DNA from: Vicugna vicugna
Taxonomy: Eukaryota
Length of the DNA stretch: 64,000 nucleotides
Assembly: GCA_013265495.1 (NCBI GenBank)
Contig: MU059614.1
Span: 969,601 to 1,033,600, forward strand
Reading direction: 5' to 3'
Both the position numbers and the translations under genes were made by a program. Shown piece by piece: positions 48,701 through 62,302 of the stretch; positions within the stretch are counted from its first letter, which is position 1; each line of letters begins with the position of its first letter. The notes beneath the pieces were generated by a model, which saw only the letters and a list, made by a program, of their open reading frames with translations, was not told the DNA's origin and did no database searches.

Positions 48701-50949
48701 TACCGTGGCATTTTTAAGATTAAAAAACTATTAAGATGAGTAACGTTCAACTGTTACCATTTAAAATTATTTTAAGAAACACTGCTGAAGTCAAAGCTAC
48801 TGGAGTGGGTTTGTGTGTTTGCGGGCAGAGATGTGACACCATCAAGGTGGCGCTTCTGAGCTCCTGATGTAGCCGAAGAGGGCGAGAGGGCTGTGGGGAG
48901 GACTGGGGAGGGCAGGAACCACCAGAAGCGCAGGCCCCAAGCAGGCGGGAATGGGCGGAAACAGAGAGGCACCTTTAGCAGGACGTCAGGGTGGGGAAAG
49001 TGTGCCGGTTTCAGAAGGGAAGACTCAGAACAAGCAGTTCTATCTCAGATGAATGCGGCTGGAGACGCTGGCGGGACAGGCGGGTGAATGCAGAGGCCAA
49101 GGGCAGCCGGTGCCGAGGGTTGGGGAGGGTGCAGGGGCTACTCGCTCCTCTGGAGGGACCCAGGAGGGCAGAGATGAGGATGTGAGTGGCCACCAGAGAA
49201 GTCCACGAAGGGCCAGGAGGGGCACAGACACAGCAGAGCCATCGGGGCCGGAGGGAGAGCGGAGGGTTCAGGGCACGCAGAGGCTGGGGGGTGGCAAGAA
49301 GCAGGCCTCCGGTGCCACGACGGTAGTGGGAAAGCCGTGCCATCTCCTAATTAGGCTGCCAAAGGCCGGACACCCTGACAGGGGTGGGGGAGGGGACTGC
49401 ACACGGACCTCCTAGACCCGCTGCCTGGAGGCCCAGCTCTCTGTGCCACAAAACTGAACTCACTGCCCACCGCCCCTTCCCTCCGGGGAGCCTCTGCTGA
49501 GCACCCACCACCTGCTGCCCGGCTGCTGGAGCCAGAGGCCTGGGAGGCCGCCCGCTTCCGGCTCCCCGCCCCTTCCTCCCACGACCTCTGGACCGCAGGC
49601 TCTGGGGACAGAGGCCCTGACTGTCTCCACACTGGGGCTGGCGTGGTGCCGGGCACACATCTGCCACCGGAAGGAATGCCTCCAGCCCCCACCTGCTCCC
49701 CCTCATCCCGGCTGCTCTCCGCACCCCCACCCAACCCCTAAATCCGGAATACGAAACATGGCCTCTGACAGCACTCTAGTTTGAAAACAGCAACTCGGTC
49801 AAGCGGAAAGATGGCTGCCCTCGGGCCACTTTTCAGTTGCCCCACTGAATCTCGGCTTCCTCCTCTGGAAAACGGAAACAGCAGCCCTCGAGGCCCCACA
49901 GATGGCGGAGTGAGACTGTCACTCCCACAGGGCCGCCTGCCGGCCCCTGGCCCCCCAGAGACCGCTCAGCAGGGGCAGCAACGTCCCGCCCCGGCGAGGG
50001 AGGCTCTGGGCTGGGCCGACTTCACACTGCGTTTAACGAGCAGACACAAACCACAGTTTGCAGTTTGCACACCATGTAATTTTTTTTAATTCTTAAAAGA
50101 TTAGAGGTACGCTGCCAAATGTCAAAACACAAAAACCAAAAAGAAACTGAAGTTGTTATTTTCCTTTGACTTTTATCTCCGTTAGCCAAATGCTTTTGTC
50201 CAAACTATGTTTATGTTGCCTTTGCCCTACTTTGTTTAGAAAAATAACAATAAAGGAGTGCGTTTTCAGCCCGGACGACTGTGCACATGCGATCTGCCCA
50301 GAAAACACTCTGCTTCAAGAGGCAGAACTGATACTTGCCTCAGAGGAGTCACCGGCCACCAGCCTCCTCCTCCGGCCTCCCTGGGGACAACCAGGTGGGA
50401 GAGGAGGCATCCTTTGCTCGACGATACTCCACAGGGACAGCAGGACCAAGACCGGGGAGGCCGGGCCTGTCTACTCAAGGACCACAGGCTCGCTGCTGCC
50501 GGCCAACTCACCGAGATGACAGCTGCTCTTTCCTGACTGTGTGCTGCATCTACAAAGGAGGCACCTGACAGGTGAGGAGAGAGGGCGTGGGTCCCCTCAG
50601 GGAAGCCCAGCCCCGCCCCTCCTCAGCACGGACCTAACTAATGCTACTTCCACAGGCTGCCTACGTGCTTCCCAGCTGCTCCCTGGAAGACACCAGGGCT
50701 TCCCACCAGCCAGCTCTCAAGGTCAATCAGTTAGCTGCAGGTCATTTCCACCTGGAGCGACCTCCCCCCTCCAGAATCCCTCTCCCAGGTAGCGTGAACA
50801 CCCACTTCTCTTGTCTGTAGCCATCAGTTCTACTCGCCAAGTATTTGCAGCTCACCTCCTTCCCGCCCTGGTGCAGCACTGCGCTCACCCCCAGCCCCGC
50901 GGAGTCAGTCCCCACACGGGCCACTACAGTGTGGTACAGGTGATGCGTG

Positions 50950-51500
50950 TCACCACCTGCCCAGCACTTTAGAAGCCGGTGTGCGATTCTCCGTGTTCCT
51001 TTCCCAACATGGTGGGGACGGTGGAGGCCTGTGTCTCTAACAAGAGAAAGGACATGGTGCCCAGGCACGACGCACACCAGTGTCCACAGCAGCACTGCTC
51101 CTACAGCCAGAAGGTGAAAAGATCTTTGCATCAACCAGTGAACGGGTACATAAAACAATACACTGGTGTATCCAAACAGCGAGATACCGCTCAGTCTTAA
51201 AAAGGAAGGAAGTACAGATACCTGCCCCAACACAATGAACTCTGAAAACACACAGAGAAGCCAGACACTAAGGGCCACGCACTGTGCGACTCTGTTACAG
51301 GGCTCGTCCAGAACAGGCACGTCCATGTGACACAGAGCAGACTGACAGGCTGGGGCGAGGTGACCGCTCACTGGGCGCAGGCTTCTTTGGGGGTGAGGAA
51401 TGCTGAGGGCTGCACAACCCTAAATAGACTGAAAGCTCCTGCACTGTGCATTTCAAACGAGTGACCTTAATTGCGTGGTACCTAAATCACACGTCAATAA
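50950..51500 (+). mobile_element. L1MB-like 3' fragment
   Basis: cagcagcactgctcctacagccagaaggtgaaaa...cagtcttaaaaaggaaggaagtacagatacctgc...aaacgagtgaccttaattgc...tcaataaagctg. Confidence 0.65.
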
Positions 51501-51869
51501 AGCTGCGAATAACAATCAGAAAAAATGGTGCTCCATCAGCCTGTCCACAAATGCTGACAATGACCACACACACCGGACACACTGGACACGGGGCCTTCGC
51601 TGTGCCGGGCACTGAGACTCCAGGGGTGGGCTATTTTCACGGCATCAAGCAGCCCATCCCCAGCGGACTCAAACACACTCATTCTTGTGTGTTCATGCTG
51701 AAAACGTGTCTGTGGCCAATTAACTTAAAATCCTGCATGGAAGCCAAGGCTGCGGCTCTGCCACAGTAGGACTAGACTGTGCCCCAACGCCGCAGCCTGG
51801 GTCTTTACACACAGGAGACAGGGGTGGGGGTTGGGTACTCAAAAGAATCTGGCTAGATCAGAGTAACTC

Positions 51870-52560
51870 CCAGCCTGAAAAAGTGTTTACAACTCATAAC
51901 ACAATAAACAAACCTTCCAAAAATATAAAGAACTCACAGAAATTGAGAAATAAGCAACCAATAACCCAAGAAAAAAATGGGAAAAAGAACTGTCCACGAA
52001 AAAAAAAAGTAAATGGTCCTGAAACATGACAATATGATCAACTCACACTTCAGAAAAGCCCAAATTAAACCTATGCTGAGATCCTCTTTACACCTGTCAA
52101 GTTGGCAGAAGCTCACACGTTTGACTGTCCCTTCCGTTGGTGAGGTGTAGGGTGCCGGCCCTGGCACTGGCCGGTGGGGGTGCAAAGTGCAGTAACCCGT
52201 GCAGAGGGCAGTTTGGCAAAATCTATGAAAATTACGAACGTGCTTACCCTCTGAGCCAGCGCTGCCCCGGGGGGGGCCGCCTGCAGCCCCACCTGCCCAC
52301 TGGGGAGGACGCACAGGTAAGACCACGCACCATGGGCCTGTTAGGAAGCAGCACGTGGGGAACGGCCGCTGCGGCACAGGGGCGGGATTCACAACAAAAC
52401 GGAGGGCAACGCCACGAGTCTACACAGCAGTTCTCAATCACATTATGAGAGAGGAAGACGGGGGTTCTCTACCTACTGACGCGGGTTGTCTAGACTGCAC
52501 TGAAAGTAAAAACGCAAGGTGTACAGTTGTGTGTGGTGTGCTAGCTTTCATTTAACAAAA
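51870..52560 (+). mobile_element. Old L1M ORF2 end / 3' UTR remnant
   Basis: aaaatataaagaactcacagaaattgagaaataagcaaccaataacccaagaaaaaaatggg...gcagtttggcaaaatctatgaaaatt. Confidence 0.65.
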
Positions 52561-55500
52561 AGGGAGACACAAGAACACGACCTTGCTTTTGCCTTGCCTT
52601 CGTGCAGGAACACTGGAAGGCTACCGAAGGGGCTGCTGTGAGACGGAGGGCAGAGGGGGCGGGCGCGAGTTCACAGAATGCACTTCAACACCTCCTCGCT
52701 CCAGAGCTCTGTGAGCCTGTCCCCTACTCAAACGAGTATTACATTTTTTTAAAAAGTCCCAGCCTCATTCCAAAAAAAAAGTCAAGACCTTGGCCCGCAG
52801 GTCCCAGACACCAAAGGCGCGAGCAGCCCAGCTCCAAGTGCCGGCCAGGCTGTGCCCCGCCTGCGAGCCGTGGGAGCCGGGGGCAGGGCCCAAGACGGTC
52901 CTGCGCACCCCCACCCCCCAATATCCAGCTGGCGGGGATGGGCGTCCCCCTGCTCTCCCCAGCACGGCCGAGCAGGTCTGGTCCCGCCCACCACTGGCGC
53001 AGAACCCCAAGCACCCACCGTGCGTAGCGCGTCCTCGGCACCTGCCACTGGCCTGGGCACACGGAGCCGTCAAACGCAGCCCCCGCCTGCAAAGAGCTCG
53101 TGTGGGAACAGACAGACAGTACCCTGGACGGAAGCCTCCGGGTGCGGGCCACGCGTCGGGGACAAGGGGCGGCGAGGGGGTGGACGCAGGCAAAGAGGAA
53201 AGGCCTTCAAGGGCGGCACCCATTTGTCTGGGACTCTCCCTCGGAAGCCTCCTGATGCTCAAAAGGCGCAAAGTCCACGGGCACTGTGTTCACACTCACA
53301 GAAACAGCCAAGCCTGCTCCCACACCACCGCCTGCAGGGAGGGGCCCCTCAGGCCCACCCATTCCAAACTGTACTTCCCGGAGCCTCACAGGGCAGTCGT
53401 TTCTTAATCTCTTACTTCTGAGGGCCAGATTCAGAAGCAGTGTGTTAAAGAATGAGTTTCTTCCTTTTTAAAGAAGACAATATTGTTTCCCCCTTCCTAG
53501 CTTTAAACCAATTTTCCTCTCCTTCCTCTGTAATGGCCTTTGCACTTCTACTGCAGGATTTCTCACACATCAGCACACGCGTCAATGCCAGCCCCGGGGG
53601 CCAGCGCACCGGCCCGTCCGCCCCGTCGGGCCCTCCCGGGAAGGGCAGTCTCAGGTGGGGGCTGACATCCTGTCACTGCGGTCAACTCTGTGGCCAGCTG
53701 GTGGGCAGAGGGGCAGGGCCGCCCGGCCTGGGAGAGTGGAGCCCAGGGCTGCTGACAGGGCACAAGCAGCGCCCACGCCAAGGGCCCAAGGGACACTACC
53801 AGGCACTGGCATGCTGTGGGCCTCCCTGAAGTGACCAGGGACCCATAGCCTGGACTGGAGCAGAAGGAGCTGGTGAGCCTCAGGCAAACACAGGAACTGG
53901 CCCACTTTTTTCTGGAGACTCCTAGAAGGAAAGGCAATAAACATCACCAACTCCGCATCCCAACCCAGCACACCCTCACCAAACGGCAGGGCTTGCTCAG
54001 GGACAGCAAAGCTGCAGCCCGGACCCCGCTCTCCCCAGGGAGCACCCTGGCACTGGGATGGCTTGGACGCCACACAGCCCACGCTCACCTAGATGCTCAC
54101 AGGGAAACGGAGGCCCAGGGAGCGTTAAGTGGCTTCGTCCGTGGGGCTGCCCGCCCCACTCCGAGTCTCTGAGCGCGTGCAGTGCTGGCGGTCTTTGGCT
54201 CCATTGTCCCCGTCGTCCAGCCCTGAAGTCACCCTCCCCACCAGACTGCTCCGCCTCGCACTCCCTGTCTCAGCACCGGCGCTGACAGCCTCCCTGACAT
54301 GCAACTGCTTGTAATAAGCCCCAACACTGCAGCGAAGCTGCTTCCCCAGCAGAGAGCTCCCCCCTGGCCTCCCACAGCACTGGGGCTGCAGACCCCACCG
54401 CCCCAGCAAGGAGGGGGCACAAATCACAGGGGCAGCTGACCTCTCCCCAGCATGTCATTCAAGGGAGAGCTCTGTGCCATCCCGTGACGGCCACGCAGGC
54501 CAGAGACCCCGGGCACCAGGCAAACAGCAACTTGGAGAAAATAAGCCAAATGTTGACGGGGCTGTAAGTCAAGCTCCACTTCGGTCCTTCCTACTTAAAT
54601 GAAGTTTCCAGCGTTTCCTTCATGCCCATTAAGACAGGCATCCTGAACACGCCCCATGAGACCCGGTCAGAACAGCCCAGCTTGGAAACGCCGTACTGGG
54701 TAGTCTATTTTGGTAGAGCTGGCGTCAGTCTTTGGAAACTATCGATAATCAGATGCTAGAGAGGAAAAAAATTAACAAGATTTTTGTTCAAAGTCAAAAG
54801 GACTAAACAAAAACAATCAAGGTGGGTTTTCTTGGGCAGTGGGGAGAAGGAACAATGAGTTTGGCTTGGTTTGCTTGAAGAAACATTTGTTTCTCCTTCT
54901 TCAAATGTTAAAATCTACTCAACACCTTGCAGGCGGGTTACAGTGACTTCTTGTGCTACTTGACTCTTCTGCCAATAAAAGACGTACTTTTTAAATCAAG
55001 AAAGAATGCGTTAAAAAAAATAAAAAAAAAAGAAAGAATGCGTTTTCTTTCGTAACGTCTTGTTTCTCTTTAAAGTAAGGAGAGGGCATACTTAAAGCAC
55101 AGGTGGGATCCGACTAGCTCTAAAGACCATGTTTTCAACGTTCTCCTCACATACTGCAGCTACAGTCTGGAGCGAATGGTACCAAGCGTAATTTGGTCCC
55201 ACACACGGGCCTTGGGTCCTGCACAGTCGGAAGACACCGTCACAAAGCCCTCAGAGCAGATCTCCAGGCGCCCCTCCCCGCAGGGCAGGCAGCAGAGGTA
55301 TCTGCGGTCTGGCCAAGGAGTGGCCCCCTCGGAGCTTCCCGCTGGTTTCGCTGGCAGGAAGCCCACCAGAAACTAGGCGAGTCTCTACCTGGCTTCTCTG
55401 AGCTCAGACCACCACCCGCTGGGTTGACTGACCTTCCTGACTCCATCTTTTTGTCTGTTTATCCTACCTCGTTGCTAAAAAGATGTGAAACGGCTGAGAG

Positions 55501-55564
55501 CAGCGGCTCCCAACCCCAGGCACACATTCCAATCCCTGGTGTCAAGAGACTCAGGAACTAGAAG

Positions 55565-55675
55565 CAGTGATGGCTGCACAGCACTGTGAATGGACTTAAT
55601 GCCACTCAATTTTTACACTTTTAAATGGTTACCATGGTAAACTTTATATGTGTTTTACAATAAAAAAAATTAAAA
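55565..55675 (+). mobile_element. L1MB-type extreme 3' end
   Basis: gtgatggctgcacagcactgtgaatggacttaatgccactcaatt...aaatggtt...aactttatatgtgttttacaataaaaaaaa. Confidence 0.75.
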
Positions 55676-55713
55676 TAGCAAAACTCTCCTTGTTTTGCCT
55701 TAACAGAAGTGCT

Positions 55714-55851
55714 GGGGGAGGAGCAGCTGAGCGGTGGAGCGCGTGCTTAGCACGCACGAGGCCCTGGTTCAGTCACCAGTCACTCCTCTGAAAATAAATA
55801 AACCTAATTACCTCCCTCCCCCCACCGAAACAAAAAACTTAAAAAAAAAAA
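55714..55851 (+). mobile_element. tRNA-derived SINE of camelid type with A-rich tail
   Basis: GGGGGAGGAGCAGCTGAGCGGTGGAGCGCGTGCTTAGCACGCACGAGG...AAATAAATAAACCTAATTACCTCCC...poly(A). A degenerate TSD (aagtgct / aagtact) flanks it. Confidence 0.8.
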
Positions 55852-55879
55852 GTACTAACACAGTTCAACCCACACCAAG

Positions 55880-56300
55880 AATCTGCATAAAGACGATGGT
55901 TGTCCTAGCACTGAAAAAAAATCAGCTTCAAACCCAGGGCATATAAAAATCAGAATTAAGATCACTGGTGGTCGGTCGTCCCTTAAAAATAAGTCTCCAG
56001 AGAGTCCACAACGAAGTGAAGCCTGGGATTTGCTCTGAAATAATCCAAGGCAGCGGGAGCCTAGATCAGAACAGTCGAAGCTGCAGTGACCGCGGGGAGG
56101 AAGAGCATGAGAACGAGCGTGCGTGTTCCTGCACTGCACGCCAGACACAACACAGCGCTGTAAACTGACTACACTTCAATAAAAATACACATACACAAAA
56201 ACTAAAGTAAAATAGACAAAGCAGTGGAAACAGAGCGACGGGGCTTCACTGAACTATTCTATTTTTCTAAGTCTGAAATCCTCCATAATGATGAGTTTTG
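55880..56300 (+). mobile_element. L1MC/ME-like 3' remnant
   Basis: ctgggatttgctctgaaataatccaa and ttcactgaactattctatttttctaagtctgaaat. Confidence 0.5.
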
Positions 56301-57475
56301 CTTTGTTTTCAAGGACCTCTGACCTGCTGGATAATATTCCGTGTACATGAAAGACCTAGATGCCCCGAAGCCGTCGAGTCCCAGGGGCTCACCTGGAGCC
56401 CTCTGCCTGCGCCCCACAGCATGGGGTCTCGGGGGGCTGGCCCCTGCACAAAGGCTATGCAAAGGGCTCCCCGTAAACAAGAAGAACCCCATTTCAGACC
56501 ACGAGCAGCGTGCACAGAGGCGTCTGGCCTAGTCCCTCACACTGCCACCCAGCACGCTGTCGGGGCCTCTGAAATGCCTGCCCAGACACAGCTGTCAGCA
56601 GGGCCCAGGCGACGCCTGCGAACAGGGGGGTCTTTCACTGAGGCGCCCCAGAGCCTCCCCGCTCCGCAGACCCAGCCCACCTCCTGGCCAGGGCCGAGCG
56701 GCAGGACGCGCCTCCCTCCTCCGAGATGCAGAGGGAGGCCGATGCGGCAACAGCCCCCTCACAGGCTTCTCCTCCTTCTCCCACCAGAACCAGGTCTGCA
56801 GGGGAGGCAAGGCCGGTATCTCCACCTCATTCCCCACTGCACTCCCAGGCACCAGGAAAGCACGTGGCACACAGCAGATGTTCAACCAAATGCTGGTGTG
56901 TGGTCCTGACTTGATGGGTACCGCTCCAAAGGTGCATTATAAAGACCTGCTTTTCACAAATGCCAATGCAAGACACAAGATGGAAGGCACCAGGATGTAC
57001 CAGCGTTGGGTGCCAGAAAAGGAGGGGACAGGAGACAGGAGCTGTGGCACAAACACCACCACCTAAAATAGCATCAGAGATGCTCTGGAATGTAGAGCCT
57101 GGGGGGCGGGGGAGGGGTGTGTGCTGGGCAGAGAAGGCGGACACGGGTCTGGAAGCGGGGTGGGGGGTGTGCAGGGCAAGGGGGAGAGCTCGGAACCCAC
57201 CACCTGGAACACGCACACTGCCGTGACAGGCTCTGTGTAAGGCCCTGGGCCCCCAGGGCAGGGCCCAGGCAACGCAGGGGATGGAGTGGGCACCCCAGGA
57301 GGGGTAGGAACGGTGCAGAACTGGAGCCTGCAACCCCATCCAGAGATGGCACAGACCCTGGCGCTGACCCAGGGTTGCCAGGCAACAGCGCAGGCCCCTG
57401 GCTGTCAAGTGTTCTCATTTGTCAATGAAGCTCCAAGTGTGGATCGCTATGTAAGATCTGACTGTCACTGGCATC

Positions 57476-57946
57476 TGGGGTAGACAGAATAATGGCCTCC
57501 CAAAGATGCCCACACCCTAATCCCAGTTACATGGCAAAGGGGAATTACTGTAGCAGATGCGATTAAGGTTTCTAATCAGCTGACCTTAAAATAGGGAGAG
57601 GATCCTGGATTACCAAGAGCACTCAAGAGTAATCACAGGGGCCGCAGAGCACAAGCGGGAGGCAGCACGGTCAGTGTCAGAGTGACGCGGGGTGCCGGGG
57701 GCAGGACTGGCTGCTGCCAGCTTTGAGCAGAGACGGGAGACGAGGCCACGAGTCAAGGAATGTGGGCACTTCTGAAGCCGGAAACAGCCAGGAAACAGAT
57801 CTCCCCCAGAGCCTCCACGAGGAACCAGCCCTGACTGCACCAGGACCCCAGCCCACTAAGAGCCATGCTGGACTTCTAACCCGCAGAAGTGTGTTGTTTT
57901 AAGCCACTGTGGTAATTTGCCATAGCAGCCACAAGAAACTGATACA
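57476..57946 (+). mobile_element. MLT1 (MLT1D-like) solo LTR, near full length
   Basis: Starts tggggtagacagaataatggcctcccaaagatg and ends ttttaagccactgtggtaatttgccatagcagccacaagaaactgataca. Confidence 0.85.
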
Positions 57947-59569
57947 GCAACCAAGTTTAATTCTCAAAAAGAGGCAAAGTAGAACCTAAACAAAATCCAT
58001 CTGTGGCTGGGTCAGGCCCACGGCCACTTCTGTCTAGTTCACACTGAGGAGGGTGGAGGGCTGGGCCACCTCCTGGGTACCCACCACAGAGCGAGGCACA
58101 GAGCAGCCTTCTGGCACTACCCCAAGTTAACGATGAGGTCCCTTACCTTGGCCATCTGGTCTTAAGGGACTCCAGAGATTTCTGGAAAACAGAGCTCCTT
58201 AGCCATGACAAGGCCCTTCCCCAGGGGACCTGCTAACCATGGCAGAAGCCTGCTGCCTAGACACCACCCTGGGACCCAGCACCACCTTCTCCGACAAAAG
58301 GAAGTGAGAGCTTTTCGGTCCCAAGGAAGCCCCCAGCACCTCCCTGTCGCCACCCACAGGGCCGCTCACATCCAGGCGGGCTCCCTTGCACCACAGCAAT
58401 GGAACCACTTCGGTTCTGCTCAAACATCAGAGGAACTCTTCTCAAGTGAGCCCTTCTGAGCCCCCAGGTGCAGAGCAGAGCAGAGCTGCTAGTGCAGAAG
58501 ACGAGGACGGGGCCCGGCCTGCTCACCCCTGAGAGACTGTGTGAAAGCCGCGGCCGGACTCCAGGTGCTCTGAGCTCCCCGCCCGCCCTGCCGGAGGCCC
58601 GCAGCCAGGCCTCCGCAACGCCCTGGCCCAGGCGAGCCTGACACCTCACCCTCAGGCTCGGCCCCGCGTGCGCCCTCGGCCTGGAGCCCCCTTGTCTCTC
58701 CCCAGGACCCCTTGTCTTTTGCAGCTCCCCACGCGCCCCATGCGCCATTTCCTCGCAGGCACTCGGGCTCGCTCTCAGGGGCTGGCGCTGCCTTGGAAGC
58801 CTCTCTCTCGGGGCGACACCACCTGTCCCATCAGGAGCCACCCTGCAGACCATATGTGACCCGAAGGCAGGAACTTACATCCTGCCATGCACGCGTTCCC
58901 AGCCTAGAGGGCATCATACCTGTGTGCGCTCAATAGGCAAGAAGTAATAAAGACTGAGCGCACTGGGCTATAAACTACGTTTCCTGGAAACACCATAAAT
59001 CATGACACTGTGGTGTATGTTAAACGTGCCAGGTAAAACCTCACTTCCAATCTTTACCCAATAAAGTGAGTCTCCCTCAATCAGGAACTCCAAATTACTG
59101 CTATCTTTAATATAAGTACTTCAAAGAAATGCACTTTTACCTCCTCCAAGAAGCGTCCACTGCAGGCACTGCAATCAGGGTGCAGGAAGGAGCCTGCCCC
59201 CGGGCCGGACCGAGCGGCCAGTCTGTGCCCGCTCCACAAACAGCGCCACCCGGCGGGGGTCCCCCCCCGGGGGTCCCCCCCCCCCGCCGGCCTCACTGTG
59301 TTCACACTCTGCTAAGCACTCTCCCAAGGTGGCTCAAAGGCAGAAGCGCAGCAGCCAGGTGGTCTGCCCTGTCATGCATCTACCTTCCCGCCCTGCCTGT
59401 CCACAGCCACTCGGAACTCAGGGACCCGGCACCCCAACCTTAGGGCTGCGAAGGCTTCTGCTCTCTCTGGCTCCAGCTCTCCCCCTCCTCTGAATCCCCG
59501 ACACCCCACAGGCCCCTGCGCACACGGTTCAGCTTCTCAGCCACACAGATCGTCAGACTCACCTGGATC

Positions 59570-59670
59570 GTTTTTAAAAAAGCCACCGGCTCACCCTCCA
59601 CCGCCTGGGGTGGGGCCCATCACAGGCATTTTTAAAAAGCTTTCCAGGCCATGTGACATGTAGATGCAGC
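59570..59670. mobile_element. MER5-like fragment
   Basis: ggggtggggcccatcacaggcatttttaaaaagctttccagg...gatgcagccaagg. Confidence 0.45.
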
Positions 59671-62302
59671 CAAGGATATGAGCTGTGGGCTCAAAGGGTG
59701 TCACCTCCGCCTCCCCCGAGGTGCCTGCCGCTCCCCAGACCGATCAGGACTCTGGCTCCTTCACTCTGACACGCACACTTGTGCCATCTCCGAGTCGTGA
59801 CACACCTGGCCTCGTGCAGACTGCCAGCCAGGGCTCACCCACGGGAACTATGCCACTTTGCCGGCCCCTGCCAGAAGGCCCCCCAAACACTTGGGCTCCC
59901 TACAGCCAACACCTCCACATCCAAGGCCACTACGCTGTCAGAGCAGCAGCCACCTGGCCACCTCGGTCCTCCCCACTCTGAGAAGGCCCCCACCGGGCAA
60001 AGTCGCTTCCGGGGCCTGTGCCGCGCACCCAACACCTGCGCCTGCCCAGGCCCAGCCCGCACTGCCGCCCGCCTTCCCTCAGGGTGAGCAGCCTTCCCAT
60101 CTGCCTTCTGCTCCGAGACTCGGTTCCCTGTCCTTCCAAGTCCAGTGTGAATCCCACCTTCTCTCTTTCTTCTAGACTTTTCTCCACTCTTGGTTTCCTG
60201 ACAAAGAATCAAAATCACAGCTCGACACACCACCGGCTTCCATCCGACAAATGTTAACTGTCTTCTCAGTCAGACACAGCTCCTGTGGTGAGGGCCATGG
60301 CATCTCACGAGCACCCATCCCTCTGACCCGAGGCCAGAACGTGCTGCACGTTCTCTAGGCAGACACCGATCCAAGTATCTGCCCTGTTGTCACGGACTCG
60401 CCCTTGATTTGATGTCCACCTTTCAGCAACGACCCACTGCCTCTCATAAAGTGCCATAAAAACCATTTGTTTGATAATCTGTTTCCCAAATTTCTGAATC
60501 CAAAGCACACTCATTACGTATACCCCATGACAGCTCTGAGTGCCAAACAGGCGTCCAGGGAGGACGTACTGTCAAACAGAAGTGTGACTTTCCAGCCTGT
60601 CAGGTATCCTTTGTTCCCATGACTCTAGGGGGAGGAGGGCACAGAGAAGGGGCTGGCTGAACAGCAACTTGTAGCTCTCATGATTTATTCACCTCAGACT
60701 CTTAAAGAGTTTACAAAACAACAAATCTGAGTTCAAACCTCCAGGGCCTCCCGAGAGCTCAGGGCAGGTACTGACACATAGCTGTTCACCACCCCTCGGC
60801 TTGGGAGCTGAAGGCAATCTACAGACCTTGGGGAAGTGATCACACCCCAGCCTCCTCACACGTTCTGAGACCAGAAAAATGACCCATTTGCTAGGAGTTA
60901 CAGATTAACTGCCTACTGAGGAAGGAGACACTTCATATTTTTATTTACATGTAACATTTTAGGACCATCAAGTTCTTCTGCATGAATCTGACCACATTTT
61001 GACAACAGCATTACCAGATGATCGTTTCGTCCTAAATTCCCATGTGTCATGTTTGTAGAACGAATGTGCAGGGCTTCAGGATTACAGAGTGAAAGGAAAT
61101 GGCCCCTGCTCTCAAAGAGCAGTTTAGGCAATTATTTTAACACAGCTTTGCAAACACAAAATCCCTCACCAGCCCACACAGACTTCCTCCCACCAGCCCA
61201 GCTGGGCTTCCCTCAGGCCCCCGCTGTACACAACCAGGCATCTGGGTCTCAATTCACTTCTGCATCCCTGGACGGCAGGGGAGGTGTTGCCATGGAAACA
61301 GCTTCACAAGGCTCCAAAATCAGATGGGTGCGGGACTGAATTCGGGTCCTGTCAGCCACTAGGTGGGTGCATGTGAACAAGCCTGACCCCCGCGAGCCTC
61401 AGCTCTGCCCCCCGCCAAGGAAAGGCCTGCTCCCAGGGTTACTGTAAGGCTACAGGGAGGCAGCGGGAGCTCCTGGCATGGCTGCAGGGTGGGGTCCTGG
61501 AAACGGCGTGGTCTCGAATCTGACACAGGTGGCAGTAAACACCAGCTGGGGCACCTACTGGCCGCGCGGCCCGCAGCAGGCTGCTAAACCCTTCCGAGCC
61601 TCAGTTTTCACACACAAAGAGAAACGGTGAGAGGCCTTGGACGATCACGACAAAAAGTGAAGTTAAATGCTAGGCACAGCAGGAGTTGCACAGGGTCCAG
61701 CGCACAGGAGACAGTCAAAGCCCGTCAGGACTCACACACCCACACGTCTGGTCTTGATGGACACGCTGATAATTACTACTGGAGGAGAATAACTACCCCT
61801 GCAAACTCTAAACACCAAAGAACACTAAACACTCCAAACTGCTGGAGGGAGGGGTGACTTCCGTTACCACCAGCGGCCCCCTGGGAGTCTGCTCCGAGTC
61901 CCACACCCCACCCCCTGCCCTTTCCCAGCCGCGTTTCTAAAAAGCCCTGGCAGTGAACATCTTGCTCGATGTGTGGGAATGAAGAACCGGCTTTTCAAAC
62001 AGGATCTCAGATTTACTGCCTCTTCGAAGAGCACTGACGTCTTATGTTCCCTTCATTAACGAAAGCATCCCGACTAACCCACACAGTGACCATGCCTGTG
62101 ACCACAGTCTAAATTATAAGCACGTAAGATCAAAACGAAAACACTGCTTTGAGAAACCAAATTCCCTTTCCAAGTGTCACGCCGTCAACTTCTGAGCAGT
62201 ATTCAGAAGTATTTTGGAGGCAGAGAGGAACTGCTGTCCTCGAGTTTCCCTGCGCAGCCAGCAGTGCCAGCACCTAACAGGCCTCCGCGTTCCGCCCTCT
62301 GG

